DNA from: Spongospora subterranea f. sp. subterranea | Taxonomy: Eukaryota | Assembly (NCBI GenBank): GCA_049724395.1 | Contig: JAUGWO010000059.1 | Location: 1 to 64,000 of the forward strand | Length of the DNA: 64,000 bases | Reading direction: 5' to 3' | In this document: positions 23,030 through 36,286 of the stretch, piece after piece | How the letters are laid out: every line of letters begins with the position of its first letter | How positions within the stretch are numbered: the first letter of the stretch is position 1 | Translations under genes and position numbers: made by a program | Notes under the pieces: model-generated | Database searches by the model: none | Told to the model about the DNA's origin: nothing | What the model saw: only the letters and a program-made list of their open reading frames with translations

Positions 23030-24559
23030 CCTTGGGAATGGTCTGATTCGCACCTTCTTATTTGCAAACGTGATCGATTTGGGGTCATCTCTTCTTACTT
23101 TAATTACCATGTTGGATTTCCCGAATCCTTGTCAATTTTGAAATCCGGCCTGATGGCTATCCTTCATCACTGGTAGATCTGTCTAATGCCTCAAACATCT
23201 CGGTCGTACTTGTGATATCTTCCCGCGCCGGCTGATCAAACTCTGCAATATTCCCGCCGTTAACGTCGTGTTTCTGAGATCCGAATTGTATGATTGTGTT
23301 GTTGCCGAGTTGGCGGAGGCTCTGGTTTCTTATCCAGCTTGGAGAGACGGCGCCACTTGCGATATGGTCACGTGTGACGGCGCTTTGATTAAACCCGGTA
23401 CCAAGTTCGAAGACTTTCCTCTCAACTGATCCAGTTCCAAGTCGAAGAAGCAACTGTGGTTGATTCGCGACGACCAATCCGACAGCGATGTTGTTTGCCG
23501 ACGTTGGATTTAACGAGGTCCAATGCTGGTGTCAATGAAATACCAAACTTCGATCTGGGCCGCAGTGTTGCAAGAGATTCGTTCCTCTGATGTTCCACCA
23601 GTTCGAACAGGCAGGTTGTCAACAGCGGGCGGTATCTTTGGTGATCTTCATGGCCGATCGTTCCAAGAGATGTATGATGCAGCGAAAGATGATGCCGGCA
23701 CCGCTGGCATGGCCGTGCCGATTTTACACGTGTTCGGAAGAGGCAAATGGACACAGCGACTGCTACATTGCACGGAATGGTCGATTCCCAATATGGAGGA
23801 GGCTGTCGAAGTTGGTGCATTCAAAGCTTTGTACGAGGACTCCCTGTTTCGACTTTGGTGAAGACGACGTCGTCTTTAAAAAGGTGCGGCTGCGCAAACA
23901 CGATAAGCTGCAGATTCACACAAGAAATGTGCAGCAGTTGGCGTTCTGTGCCCACGCTTCTGGCATCTGTTTTCAAAAAAGCTATCAACGACACAAAATA
24001 TCATGTTAGATTTTCAGATTCAGTGGTACTGTCAGACGCGATTGATCTGCCCATTCATGGCGGCAATTCCCAGCTCTGTCGCTTGGTCAAATCAACGATT
24101 TTTTGGCAAATCGAGCGCCAAATTCGATACAAGTTCATTAAGTTGGTAAGCAATCAGGGCGCCATTGCTGCCATTACACCAAAGACGAATCAGCGTGAAA
24201 ACCCGATCGCATAATCCCGACCGCGTTCGCTGATTTTACCTACGTGCACTCCAACCGCTGCCTAATGGCTCTTGATCTGCAAGGTGCCGGCGGGCATTTC
24301 ACTGATTCTGAAATCGTGACTGTGTCCGTTGATGATAACTTGTTTGGCATGGGACATGTTGACAGGAATTCAATTGTGGCATTGTTTGAAGAGCTCGAAT
24401 TGTAACCTGCTGTGCGCGTTGCTTAACATCATTAACATCCGATATGAATTGGAAATGGAATCAGATCATACCAATAATAATCCAGTTGTAGAATCGGTCA
24501 CGATAGACGAGGACGAAATGGAAGAGCACGATATGCACGCAAGAGCAAGAGGCGTCTGA
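23030..24559 (+). pseudogene. Alpha-kinase (eEF2K/MHCK family) pseudogene
   Basis: Across frames: GAFKALY (Gly loop), VVFKK, WQIERQIRYKFIKLVSNQG, AFADFTYVHSNRCLMALDLQG, FTDSEI, FGMG, CNLLCALL; several frameshifts; 5' boundary uncertain. Confidence 0.8.
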
Positions 24560-24699
24560 TGGCGATCCGATCGCCATTATCTGCAAAGCCACGGCGAATC
24601 GTCGTTCAAAACGCCAGGCCGAATCAATTTCATACGCCACTCGTATCGCATGAAATCGGTCATGCGCGACGGTCATACGCGACAACGACATTGCCAATC

Positions 24700-26231
24700 G
24701 AATGTCATCTCGTTTTCGCCATGTCGATTAGCATTTTCGTTTTGCTTCCAACACATGCAACCACTTGCTCGAGTTTAGTTGAGTCGGTGCTGTGGGCATA
24801 GAGTTCACCATACGACAGTTGATACATATCAGACCGATCTTTTCGCTGATCAACGCTGTTCAGCCTAATAAGCGCCTCTCGAATCTCTCGTAGGTAGAGA
24901 TATGCAGTCAACATGTTTTTCTGAGTGACAGGGAGCAGTTGCCGCAATTCTACAGCAGCTAAAAACGGGACGGTCCATCTTGACAACGAATAAGTCGTCG
25001 AATTTAGCGTCAGATCCCGGGAACGCAGCGCGACAAAACTGCATAAGCAATGGTGGGATGACATTGCCCGATTGAACAGCGCCGTGCAGTTCTGGATACG
25101 CATACAGAAAGTCGGGGGCACCTCCTGTATTCATACTGCTCTTTCGCATCTTATGTGCATTCCACTCCTCAAATATCTTGTCAAGGTTTTCTTCAAGAAA
25201 ATTACCGACCACGAAAATGGCGCAACGGTATTCGTAATCGTCGTCGACGTTGTAGTTTCCGTTGTGCTCCAAATTCTTTGAACATTTCGATCCAGAACTG
25301 AATACCCAGTGAGTACATCTGGTTCCACCAACATTCAATTCTCTGGTTGGCAACTGAGCGGCCGAAGATATGAGCGCTCTGCCCATAAAAATGGGCACAG
25401 AATGGCAGCAATGATTGTGTTCTCCGCGCCGCGATCTGTTCGCTGACGGGCTGGCATGCCTCCAAACACTTTCAACCGCAGAAAGGTAGTAGTACGCGAG
25501 GATTTGCTCTGGCAGGCGATTCGAGGATGCCATTCTCAACCACATCAGGTGTACGAGACCATCCATCGATTGCATCATGTATCTCGAATCCGCACTGTCG
25601 CAATTTATCGTTCTGGTCGATGTGCCACAACGCATTAGGACCCGCGACCTCACATTCCCAACGCATTAAACGCCTTTTCCGACGAGATGCGGTTGCATCG
25701 AGATCGAGATCGGGTTTGGCCTCATTGACCGCATCACGTGTCCCGTTCATATTGTACGTCTCGCGCAACCTCAACGTCATTGTTCGGCAACCCATCGAAC
25801 GACCGTCACCCTGAGATTCCAGATCGACCATTGATTCGACCCACGTTTGCGGCACGTGTCTCCCGGGCGCTGATCCCCTTTTCCTACAATTGAACGACGT
25901 CATCAAATATTTTCTATCGCAAACCTTCACTAATCAGATTATCATGATAAATTCAAGCTGTAGAAAAGTGCAAAACTTGCTCGTACGTCTCGCCACGACG
26001 AATCATTCGTTCACCGTCAGCCTACCATTTATTGGAACGCTACTGCGCTGTCAGAGCAATACATCGAATTAGGCCGTGCCGTTTGATCCATCTCTGCACG
26101 GTTCGAACACAGGCATTGATCTGACGATGCTCGCGAAGCCGTCGAACTATTTCGTCGCTGGATTCACCGGTATCTAGCCGCTGCTGCAAAAACTCGACAA
26201 CGTCATTGGCGCAATCAATGCGATTAACCAT
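24700..26231 (-). mobile_element. IS3EU-like DDE transposase (Clr5-like HTH plus integrase core), frameshifted
   Basis: EIVRRLREHRQINACVRTVQRWIKRHGL (HTH); GRSMGCRTMTLRLR; VAGPNALWHIDQNDKL..GFEIHDAIDGWSR; RTDRGAEN; GRSVANQRIECWW; EEWNAHKMR...GAPDFLYAYPE. Confidence 0.85.
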
Positions 26232-26551
26232 TACGGGCTGCTGAGTACGAACGTGTTCAGGGGGAGAGACGATAAATTTTATTGTCAGTTGGCAACTAGG
26301 TCGAAAAACAGCAAATATATTTCAAATGTCGCGGAGTTGCGGAACGGGAAGAAAAGTCACGTCAACTGACTCGGAGTTGCGGCTTTCGTCTTCCGGACAA
26401 CACCTCGCAGTTGTAGAACGCGTTGACAGTTGACTCAGTTGACACAAGCTCAGTCCACGTCATTCAGCAAATTGAATTGTTTGCGTCACGCGGTTTAGGG
26501 TTTCGCGAATCCGAATCGCATTCGTCGAGTCATTCGTTTTATATTCTGGTC

Positions 26552-28380
26552 ATGGCGTTCTTTATCCCTATCTTTGTTCCCGCATGCACTTCCTTTCTCT
26601 TTGCGGTTGGGTATTGGGCTCTAGTCTCCGAGCCAAACTCCTTTCTCAAATATATGACCGAGCTGTCAAAAATTGACCCGATCAACGCAAAGATTATTGT
26701 CCCGGAGCGGTTCATCCCATATTATGGCGACACACAACTCCTTCAGAAGGACATCGACGCCGGCCGCCCCTTGACCTTTGTTGAGGACCCGATGCGAGCC
26801 GGCGCCAAGCTGAGCCTGTTCTTTTTCGGGTCCCGTCCCCGGGTGTTCTTGCACGATGGCAAGCTGGCCGCCAAGCTGCTGGGGAAAGATATGCAAGACC
26901 ATGTCGGCATGGACCCTTTCCGTTCGTCGCGGTTTTCGGTCATGTTTCCCTTGGCGCTGATCGCTTCGGTTGGCGACAATTGGAATCGCTTGAAGGTGAT
27001 GTTCGAACCAGTATTCAAAGATCAGCTACTAAAAACTCAATACGCTGTAACCATTGCTACGCTGGCCAAGGAAGAGTTCAACAAGTATGAAGGTCTGCCA
27101 GCTTTGTCTGATGACGACCAAAATTTGGGCGACTCCGTCGATATCGTCCAGTTGTTCAAAAGCCTGGCTGCGCGCATAATCGGCGGTTGTGCTTTTGGTG
27201 ACAGCTTTCATGAACAAAGCAGGTCGAATGAAGTTGCCAAATCCTTTACGGGCATGTTCAAAGCAGCTGCCAAGTTCATGAACTCCGTTGTGAACCAGCT
27301 GCCAGGATGCAACGGCCTTCTGACCCCGGCGCGCTCGAAAGCTCTATGCGCTGCTGATAAATGCCGCATGATCGTCAAAGAGCTGATCGACAAACGCAGA
27401 AACGAAAAACCGACGAGTTCGATACCAGGTATTTGCGTCATTATCCTCGTGCGAAACTTTTTCACAATTTGCTACAGATTTCGCGAGAAACGCCATCGAC
27501 ATGGAACAAAAGAACGAGGTTAGCAATGCGGAGGTGCTCGACAATGCCTCGCTGCTGGTAGTGGCCGGACACGAGACGACGGCGTACACGATGGCTTGGA
27601 TCGCGGCTATCTTCGCCAAATACCCGGAAATATATCAAAAGTGTAAGGAAGAGGTTAGGAATGAATTTACGGGGGAAATCGACTTCAAGGAAGAGAGTGA
27701 TGTCGCTAAACTACTACAATTGAATTACCTTAGAGCCACCGTCATTGAAGCGTTGCGCCTATTTCCGCCCATCCCTTTCATCGAGCGTCTCATAACAGTG
27801 AGTCGTGATCGCTTTCGTTTTTGTGCAGTCTGTTCTTGCAAACCATATTTTTTTCTTTGTATTGATTTCTCCCCATTGTTCGTTCAAAGCCGAAGTGATT
27901 TTTCCTGTATCGCCTGATCAAGTATTCGAAAATGTTTTCAACTCTGGTGGCAGAGCCGTTTCCACTTTGTTGTCAATTCATATCCGCATCCAGTATCGTT
28001 CGTTGACATTGGCACCTCAGAAAGAATTTGAAATCTCGGACAAGGTCAAACTTCGTGCTGGCATTGGCCTGACCGTCAACGTTTTCGGTATTCATCGTGA
28101 CGAACGCAACTGGCCGAATCCGGAGATACCCATACCGGAACGACACATACAAAACAACAAGTTTGCGACTCCCCCGATGTGGAAGTTTCTGCCGTTCAGC
28201 ATCGGCCAACGCCAGTGCCCTGGCCAGCGCTTTGCACGTCAGGAGCTTCTTCAGGTGATGACAGTATTTCTGCGCGACTACGACGTTGTCTTCGACGCCG
28301 ACCAGGATTTCGCGATGACCCTCGGTTTGACGATCTCGCCCATATGCGTCAAGGGCCGCTTCCGACAAAAATCGTCATAA
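26552..28380 (+). CDS. Cytochrome P450, 3 exons
   Basis: N-terminal anchor MAFFIPIFVPACTSFLFAVGYWALV; introns 27429-27477 and 27798-28020; AGHETT, EALR, PERH and heme motif FSIGQRQCPG. Confidence 0.95.
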
Positions 28381-28899
28381 TTTGTGCCAGGATTCCTCAC
28401 TGTCAAAGTTGAAGTCCAGTTTTGTACATACAACTCAGGCTCACTCCCTTTTGTGATGCTAACCGAATCTGTTTTACGAGCTAAAACTTGTCTTTCATTT
28501 TTTGTGGATTTCTATCAAGATAGCGGTCTAATGTTCTTGAATCAATCTCGCACAAGCGTCTGCAGAAGTAAGGTTTGAAACCGTAGTTCAGACAGGTGCG
28601 GCTTGCCATTTTCGAGATATCGTGAAGCAATGCGTAAATACAGTGATCGTGATGCAGACCTAACTTGTCTCTTTGAGCTAATGAAAAAGCTATCTTATAG
28701 CAAAGTGTAGTGCTGCGCTGATCGATTTCTTGGGCGATATTCGGAGAATCAATCAAATCCGCTACCTCCCTCCTTGTCCAGATATATGGCTGACAAGTCT
28801 GAAGGCCAGGAACCTCTAGATTGGATATATGAGGACCGACAGGTTTGTCAAACGGTCAGCAATGAACCTGTTAAGAAACTTACAGCTCGCTCAAGAACA

Positions 28900-29900
28900 G
28901 TCCTGGGTTCGGGAACGAGCCAATTACAACCTTTCAACAGAGTGAATAAACTGGAATGTAGGCAGTCTGACAACCATGGATCAGATGCCCAACATGATGG
29001 TGATCGTTCAAGGGATCATTTCCGTCATTGTTGCGCCATTGACACGCCTGTAGTGTGACAACCTCCAAGGGTGATCGGCTGTGTGATATTAGACTCATTT
29101 GATTACAACGGCGACGAAAACATGATCGTTGGACACTACAGTTTCCCAGCAGAACATGAACTTCATCGACACGACGTCGTGTGCAAGGTGGAAGACGTCC
29201 TCCGGTCCAAGCAGCTCGTGAATATTCCTCCGCCAAATATCAGACAAAGGAACGACATGTTCTTGCCCAATAGAGCTGTGGTGAAAGACCATAACGGGAA
29301 TTATTGACCAGACGATTGCGTTCATCGCCATTCTTTCCTGTCGTAACGCCGCTATCGGCGGCTCTACCGATGTTCTCGAAACCGATGAATCTCGCTTATC
29401 GCCTAACTTTCAACGTCAAATGAATGAATCAGTTGAACTAGCTTTCCATCAGATTGATAAAGGGAAATTGGTAGTTCCTAGACATTGAGTATAATTGTGT
29501 AGTTTCATGACCCAGTGAACTGTCCTCCCGTTAATCATAATCGCTGCCACGCTCAGCGAGATTGGGGATTGCGCTATAGTCGTCGACACGTTTTGCAACA
29601 ATGATTATACCGTGTCTTCGAGTCATGATGAGGGTTCAAAATGGTCATTCCCACATTTGTATTGGGGTACCCGACAGCATTGTCTGGATCGGGGTCAGCA
29701 GTTTATTGCGAAATTGGTGAATTAACCTGTTGAACCCTGTTATCAATTAGTTGAACTCCCTCTTGCCAACCAGAATTCGATGGTCAGACTGATCGAGTCA
29801 ATCAGATCGTTAAGCATTACCTTCGTTGGTTAATATGGAACAATTTAGTCCCCTAAGAGCTATCTTGAGTCGAGTTCCACATCAACGCATCCGTCTATTA
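28900..29900 (+). pseudogene. Highly degraded Ty3/gypsy pol remnant (integrase)
   Basis: GVPDSIV, then frameshifted DRGQQFIAK near 29665-29715; QPEFDGQTDRVNQIVKHY near 29770-29820. Confidence 0.55.
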
Positions 29901-30388
29901 AATAAGCCCTCTCTTTTCCAATAATTTCTGGTTTCGATACACTTTTGGACTGCTGAATCCGCTTATCCTTTCCTTGCACAGATGCTTTGTGCTGTGGCTC
30001 TATTATTGTGTTAGGTGCAACATCAAGAACAAATATTTTTTTGGTCTATACATTGTGATTTTCGCCTAATCACTTGTTGGCATTTTCAAAAACTTCCGAA
30101 TTTCAGTGTCACATCAAATTCGAGCATCACAAGTCTCACGTGTGTTCGAAACTGGCGGCCAACTTAAATGACCATCAACATGTCCCGTCATCCGATCGAC
30201 AAATTCACAACTTGAATCACGCTCTCACATCACTGATTTTCATCAAAACGACAAGTCACAAATCAAAATCTTCCAGGATCTGCAACAACAGATGCACAGA
30301 GTTTGGCGCGTGCCGTTGTGCTACAGAATGGGTCAAGCAATAGATATCGATACCCGTTTAGAACGGGGGCGCGTTGTAGATTCAGTAG

Positions 30389-33300
30389 ATGACATCACGA
30401 TGTCAGAACAGGGCCGGCATCAATCAACAACGCGGCGGCGAGCAGGTCGCTGAGCTACACAAGTCGTTGCTATTCATGCTGGCCCAATGGCGCAAAGACA
30501 GGGCATCATTAGCACCCGTCTCGGATGATGTACACCACGATAAGCTTCAATCAGGCGTAGACCCTCTTGTAAGTGCGAAAATCATCAACGAACGTCCTTG
30601 TTCCTAAAGCAGTATGCTCTTGTTGTTGAAAAATTGTTTTGTCGGACATGACAGACCTATATCAAATGGTAAAAATCATTTTACTCATTTGGCTGTCCGG
30701 TTACACAATTATCTTGCCGGTAAAGGGTCAAAACCTCTTATTTCGCTGGTTATTTGGCGTTGGCCTAGAAGAGATCAGTCCTAGTTGTCGCTCAAAACTG
30801 ATAAGAATTGTGCTTTTAGAAGTCGCATTTAGGTCATTTAGAAGATGGCTTACAGGAGATGAAGATTTGGGATTCGATTCTAATTGAGCTAGCGACTCGT
30901 CCGGATTTATGCGGTGGATCTCGACCCACTAGCACACTGCTCGCCGTCTTCCGCGACCATCTACAGACGTTCGTAACCGCCATTAATACTGTGCTTGTTG
31001 ATGTGCGAAAACGAATGGCCTTTGATTGGACGGTAATTATCCACTATCATTTTTTCAAAGGTTGTTGAATATTCACGTAAATGATCTCATTCTGAGTAAT
31101 CGTCGATACCATCCATCGAGTGGGTTAATTCACTTATTTTGTTTCCCGTCTAATTCGTTTTGTCAAATCTAAATATCAAGACATTGTTTCGGCGTTTACT
31201 TTGCCATGATCTCCGTCTAAGAGTTGATTTCATTAGTCTTACAGATATTGAATAATTTGAATAGTGTACGATGATTTCATAAAGAGTTGAAATGCATCTT
31301 AGATTGACTCTTTGAGTCGTAAACACACCACATTGAAGCAGGAGACTGCAATCTCTCTGGAACGGCTCAAGTACGAGGTGCAACGAGAGGAACAGAAGGC
31401 GGATCGCTGGGAATCGTATGTAAAGCAGGTGCGGGATAAAATGGAGGTTCGCATAGTGGAAACCAGTGAACCTGCTGTTTCTGATGAACAATGCGTAGCG
31501 ATCCATTGAGGAGATCACGTTCGGAGATGCGAAAGCAGCAATAGTCCCTGACGAACTCATGAATAATGCGTCATTTAGAGAATCGAAACAAGCGTTTTTC
31601 AAGAAGGTAGAAACTCGCGACCTTGGCCATTCAGTGGATTGAGACGATGTCCATTAGAGCGAGGACGTTACATCGTTGAGTCATTTATCCACAAACATGA
31701 TGACTAGCGAAGGGGAGAATGTAACAGTAATACCCTTAGAGAATGGATCGCAAGTCGTCACCACCTGTACATCGGGATCGGTAACATAACAGATCACCTT
31801 TTGACTCATCCGAACTGTCAGACGATTCCATTATTGTTGAACGTTACCACTGCGTTGGGCGGAATGGATGAGAAGATATAACGTGCTGAGTAACATCAGT
31901 GGTGTCACAAAAACACGTATCGAAACATATACGGCCGTTGACCTACTGAGTGTGCAGACTTGCTGACGGTCCTCGTTTCCGTTTGTGCAGAACTATTATC
32001 AGTTTGAAATCGGAGCAGCGGGATCCGATGGAATTTCGCTCATGATGAGCCAGACCCCGGCAGGAGACGCGAACAACTACATCCGAGTTCTACTGGCTCG
32101 GGAGACGCTGCCGACCACGCTGGTCCATTCGCACCAATTCCGCACACGATATGCAAAGCATGCGTTTTTACAACTGGACGCGGCAAATCTTCCACCAGGG
32201 ACCTGGTTCGTCAAGGTCTCCGGAATTGGGACGCGCCTGAAGAAATACTCGCTGGAGCTCCGGATATCGATGGACTTGTCAAGAGGGGCCATTAGCCAAA
32301 GCGACCTTATTACCGGGATCAGCTCAGAACTCGAGACGCAACAGGTTGTGCACTCAAAGCAAGGGATGTCTTACTTCGAAAACTTGTGTACACATATTTG
32401 TTGAAATGGCCCTTTTCTTAGCCACAACTTTTGCGACCCTTACAAATTCATTTTTATTTCACTTCCCCAATGTGACGTGGCAGAAATGGATTAATTTCGT
32501 ATTGCTTCCGTGCAGCCCGTTTTCGATGTTCCAAATGGCGTGACAATACTGATATTTGTGCAGATACTTACTGAACGAATGGCTGCGCTTGAGCACGTTT
32601 CAAGCGATGTGGCGCAGCGTATTATTGGTGACCTGAACTCTCGCTCTAACCTCGCCACTGCATCAGTCCAAGTACTGACCATTTTACACATCACTCAGCG
32701 GTCTGCGTCTTGCCAACTCTTGTATATCTGTTCTGTCTATTTTCCATTGTGTGCAACTGGATGTCTCAGATCATTGACTAGATTATGAATTTGCGCACGA
32801 TGTGGAATGTTTAGAACCCGTTTGACGTTTCTTACCAATGGAAAGCGAAGATGTTTCAATGCGATGTTGAATTTTATATGCTTTCAACTGTTGTTGAAAG
32901 CGCCATGAATTATTTTGCGACAGTGAACAGCTTCCCCTCTTGGTTCTGAATTACAGTCCAACTGTATCGGATTCTGAATGGATGAATATCACTCCTCCCA
33001 CTTTCCTTAAGCTTAGCCATTTCGTCCATCGGTCTATGTTTTTCCATCCCTATGCTTTCTTTGTTATTCAAAATCCGTATAATGACCGCTTTTGAACGCA
33101 ATTCACTAATCAGCTTTAGTTGAGTCAAAAGTCATGTATTTCCAATTTGAAAAAATCGACTTTAAGAGACTTCGCTTGACCTCGGTAGAACGGATTATGA
33201 GATTTCTACTTTTTGTTCTAGACTCGTTCAAAGGCCACAATCTCTGCCTTGGAAGATGATCTTCTTTCAACGAAACCGTTAACGGTGGCCCCAGACCTAG

Positions 33301-36286
33301 GAGGATTCTGTCCATTACTCTCCTTACCATTACCGGATGCGTCCCAACTTCGTCGGCCATCATTGCGAGCCACGTTGAAAACGATCTTAGGCCTATACTT
33401 CGACCGCGTCGCCGCCGGCATCGATCTGCAAGAAACATGGTGCCAGTTCGTTTATACGTCGTATGTTAAGAAATGTAATTTGGTGAAATTGGCCGAACAT
33501 ACTCTCTCTGAGGTATTGGGCTTTGTCGATTTATGGTGTTTTATTTCTGTCGGTTTTGGGTTTCTTTGGTTTTGCGTGGTGCTATTCGCAAAAATCGGTC
33601 TTCACAGCTAGGGCTCCCAATAAAACATTCCTTTTTGGACCGCCTACAATTTAATGTCATCGTTTGAAAATCCACAATATTTGTATCACCCCAAACACGT
33701 ACATGGCAAAGCACCGAGGTTTGGCTGATTTGTTTCGTGTATAGTTGGTGTCGGTGATCAAAACTCGACGATGGTTAAACATACCGAGAATAATCATGTT
33801 CGGGTAATGTCCAATTTTTGTTTTCCTTAGACAAACAAACGCCGACTTGGACGTTGCTTACAGGCGGCTGTGCGGCGTGGTTCAACAGGGCAGCGTCGTT
33901 TTGGACAACACTGACCTTGGCTTTGTTTTATCATTGTTAGTCCTGATGAAGAAACTTTGCGAGGTGCCCACCTCTGGGTCATCCATTCAACGCAGCAATC
34001 GCCTGGACGATATAGATGGGCATATTGTCATCACCAAACAGGTAAATTTAAACTATAATTGAACATAGCATACCCAGATGTGTGCAAAACTACATTAGCA
34101 TGCAGAAAATGTGCTGCTTATAATCGAACACTCCAGAAAATCTTCAGTTCTGATAAACTCTGCTTTTTTATTGCCATATTCACAGCGATTTTGTCTGATG
34201 GACAGTTAAGTTTCTTGTTGTTTGTGACAAGACGAAGTGCTCGGCCCTAGTCCGAATATTCTTTGCTGGTTCCGTTTCTACCAACTCTGCCGTGCCAGAA
34301 TGATCTGCATTATTTTTGGTTTTCGTGTTTTCCGCTGATTTAATGTAGCTCATAAAGATAATGCTGCAACAGATGGCGATTAACATTATCGATGCTTTTT
34401 TCGTCAACGATACGCCATCGTTTAAAGCATCGATCGTGAAAGCTGCCCATTCCCGCACTCAAGGTAGAGTAAAATTTGACCGGGAGATTTTCATCATCGG
34501 AATCCGAAAAAACCTGTTCTACCCTGTTGCCAATCTCGTTCTTCTCACAGAACTATACAAGGTTCTGTTACGTGCCAGCGATACCATTGACGGTGATGCT
34601 CTCATTGAGGTCAACAATTCTTCACAGGTTTTCGATTGAACAGGCTCACGAACTGAAAAACTCTACAGGTTGTCCATCGTCGGTGGCGCCAGGAACAGGC
34701 GCTACGGGACCGCCATTTACAACAGCTTTTCACAGATTTGGATTTTGGTAAGCTATTTCGATGAACGGGGAGCCACAGGTGCTACTTTCGCGAACGTGGG
34801 CTCGTCCGATTTTTCGAAGTTTCCGCAAAACTACACAACAATTTTTTCAAATTTCGCAGTCGTTTAATCTGGTCTCATCGCGAATCTTTTTGTCATTTTT
34901 TCTCTTATAACTAATGATTATTTCAGTTTGTTCTATTGGGTTGTTGATCGCAGGTCAATCAACGACACGTTGTTTTCAGATGATAATGGATGGATGGATT
35001 TTCCTCGCTTTTTGGCGGCCTTCAACTTGCTGTTGTGCACTGAACGCGGCCCCAGTATTATTCCAAAACTGTCGCCGTTTTCCAATCTAGATATTGTGAA
35101 TATTTACAAACGTATGAGTGATATGTCACAAACCATGTTGCCCCCGACGTCTTCTCTGGATTCAAAGTAATGGGTATCACAAAGGTTTTCTGCGAAATTC
35201 AGCACAAGTTTGATAGGCTGTGTTGGGTTTATTGTGGTATATTTCCTTATATTATTTCAATTTCTTCGGTCCGGAATGCCAAGCACAAACACTACAAAAC
35301 AGCAAACTATAAATTCACAGATTTAGCATTATTCAACGAAAAATTTAGTCTCATTTTCCATTATTAAGGAACGGGAATAATAACGATGTTCAACGAGTTC
35401 AATTTCAATAGGGGTGAGCGATCGGTAATGCAGCAGCGTTATTTCATGGTGAATTTGCCCGGTTTCATGGCCACTTGCCGTTCATTTGATTTGGTGACTC
35501 GCCAATATGCCGAGTCGCGCATGCCTCCCGTCGACGTTGCCCCGTTGCCACAGACCGCTGCCAACAACACTGACGAGGACGACACCTCAATGCCGTCAGC
35601 AATCGGCCATGGTCAGATCCACATTTTGGATACAACCAGTTGCTTTTAATAGTAGATTTTGTTACTGGACTTGACACGAGAATCCCCTTAATACTATGCA
35701 TTTGAACGTTGCTGATGTCGCAATCTCTGCATCCCTAAATGACAAATTTGTAATTGCTTAACTTCGTAAAAAAAAAGTTCAAGGTCTTTCGATTTCATTC
35801 TTATTGCCTTTCTAATTATCGGTCGGGTGAACAGTACCACGTACCCTCTCCCGTTCCTTATCGCGGTCGTCATTCTCGACAAGTGCAACGTCAACTAACC
35901 CGACCACTGTCACCAGCTGGAGTCAGATATTGGCCACGTGGAAGAATATTGAACCGGTACGTAACCTAATTAAGCACCGTCGTAATATCACTGTCGATTA
36001 CGCTACGATCCACTGCAAACGAGACGATCATTCCTTTGACGTTACTGACATCTCTCTTCTCCGTAATCAGCTAACTTTGAGGGAAGTTGGTCATATTCGC
36101 GCATGTAAATTCCAAGGCCACGACGTCGTTTGGACTGCGTTGAACAGTTTCAAAAATGAAATTCGACTGCGCCGCGACCTAACCTCGTGTTCTGGTGCGC
36201 TGGAGGCGTTGATGAACGCGCTTATAGACGTAAGCAACAGATCACCCATTGTCCTGCTCCGAAAGGACGGGTATTCTAGCGAATAG
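30389..36286 (+). CDS. Large multi-exon protein: coiled coil, beta-rich PPC-like domain, TSNAXIP1-like helical region, EF-hand-like motif (may be one or two genes)
   Basis: Chain of GT-AG flanked coding exons: SLERLKYEVQREEQKADRWESYVKQ; NYYQFEIG...LPTT...LPPGTWFVKVSG...YSLEL; TLKTILGLYFDRV...WCQFVYTSYVKKCNLVKLAE; DDNGWMDFPRFLAAF; last exon ends TAG 36286. Confidence 0.55.

Noticed and set aside
11295..26231. Alternative genetic code or programmed frameshifting to explain broken ORFs
   Set aside because: Host genes read cleanly in the standard code and use TAA, TAG and TGA as stops; the breaks are confined to transposon-like or decayed sequences
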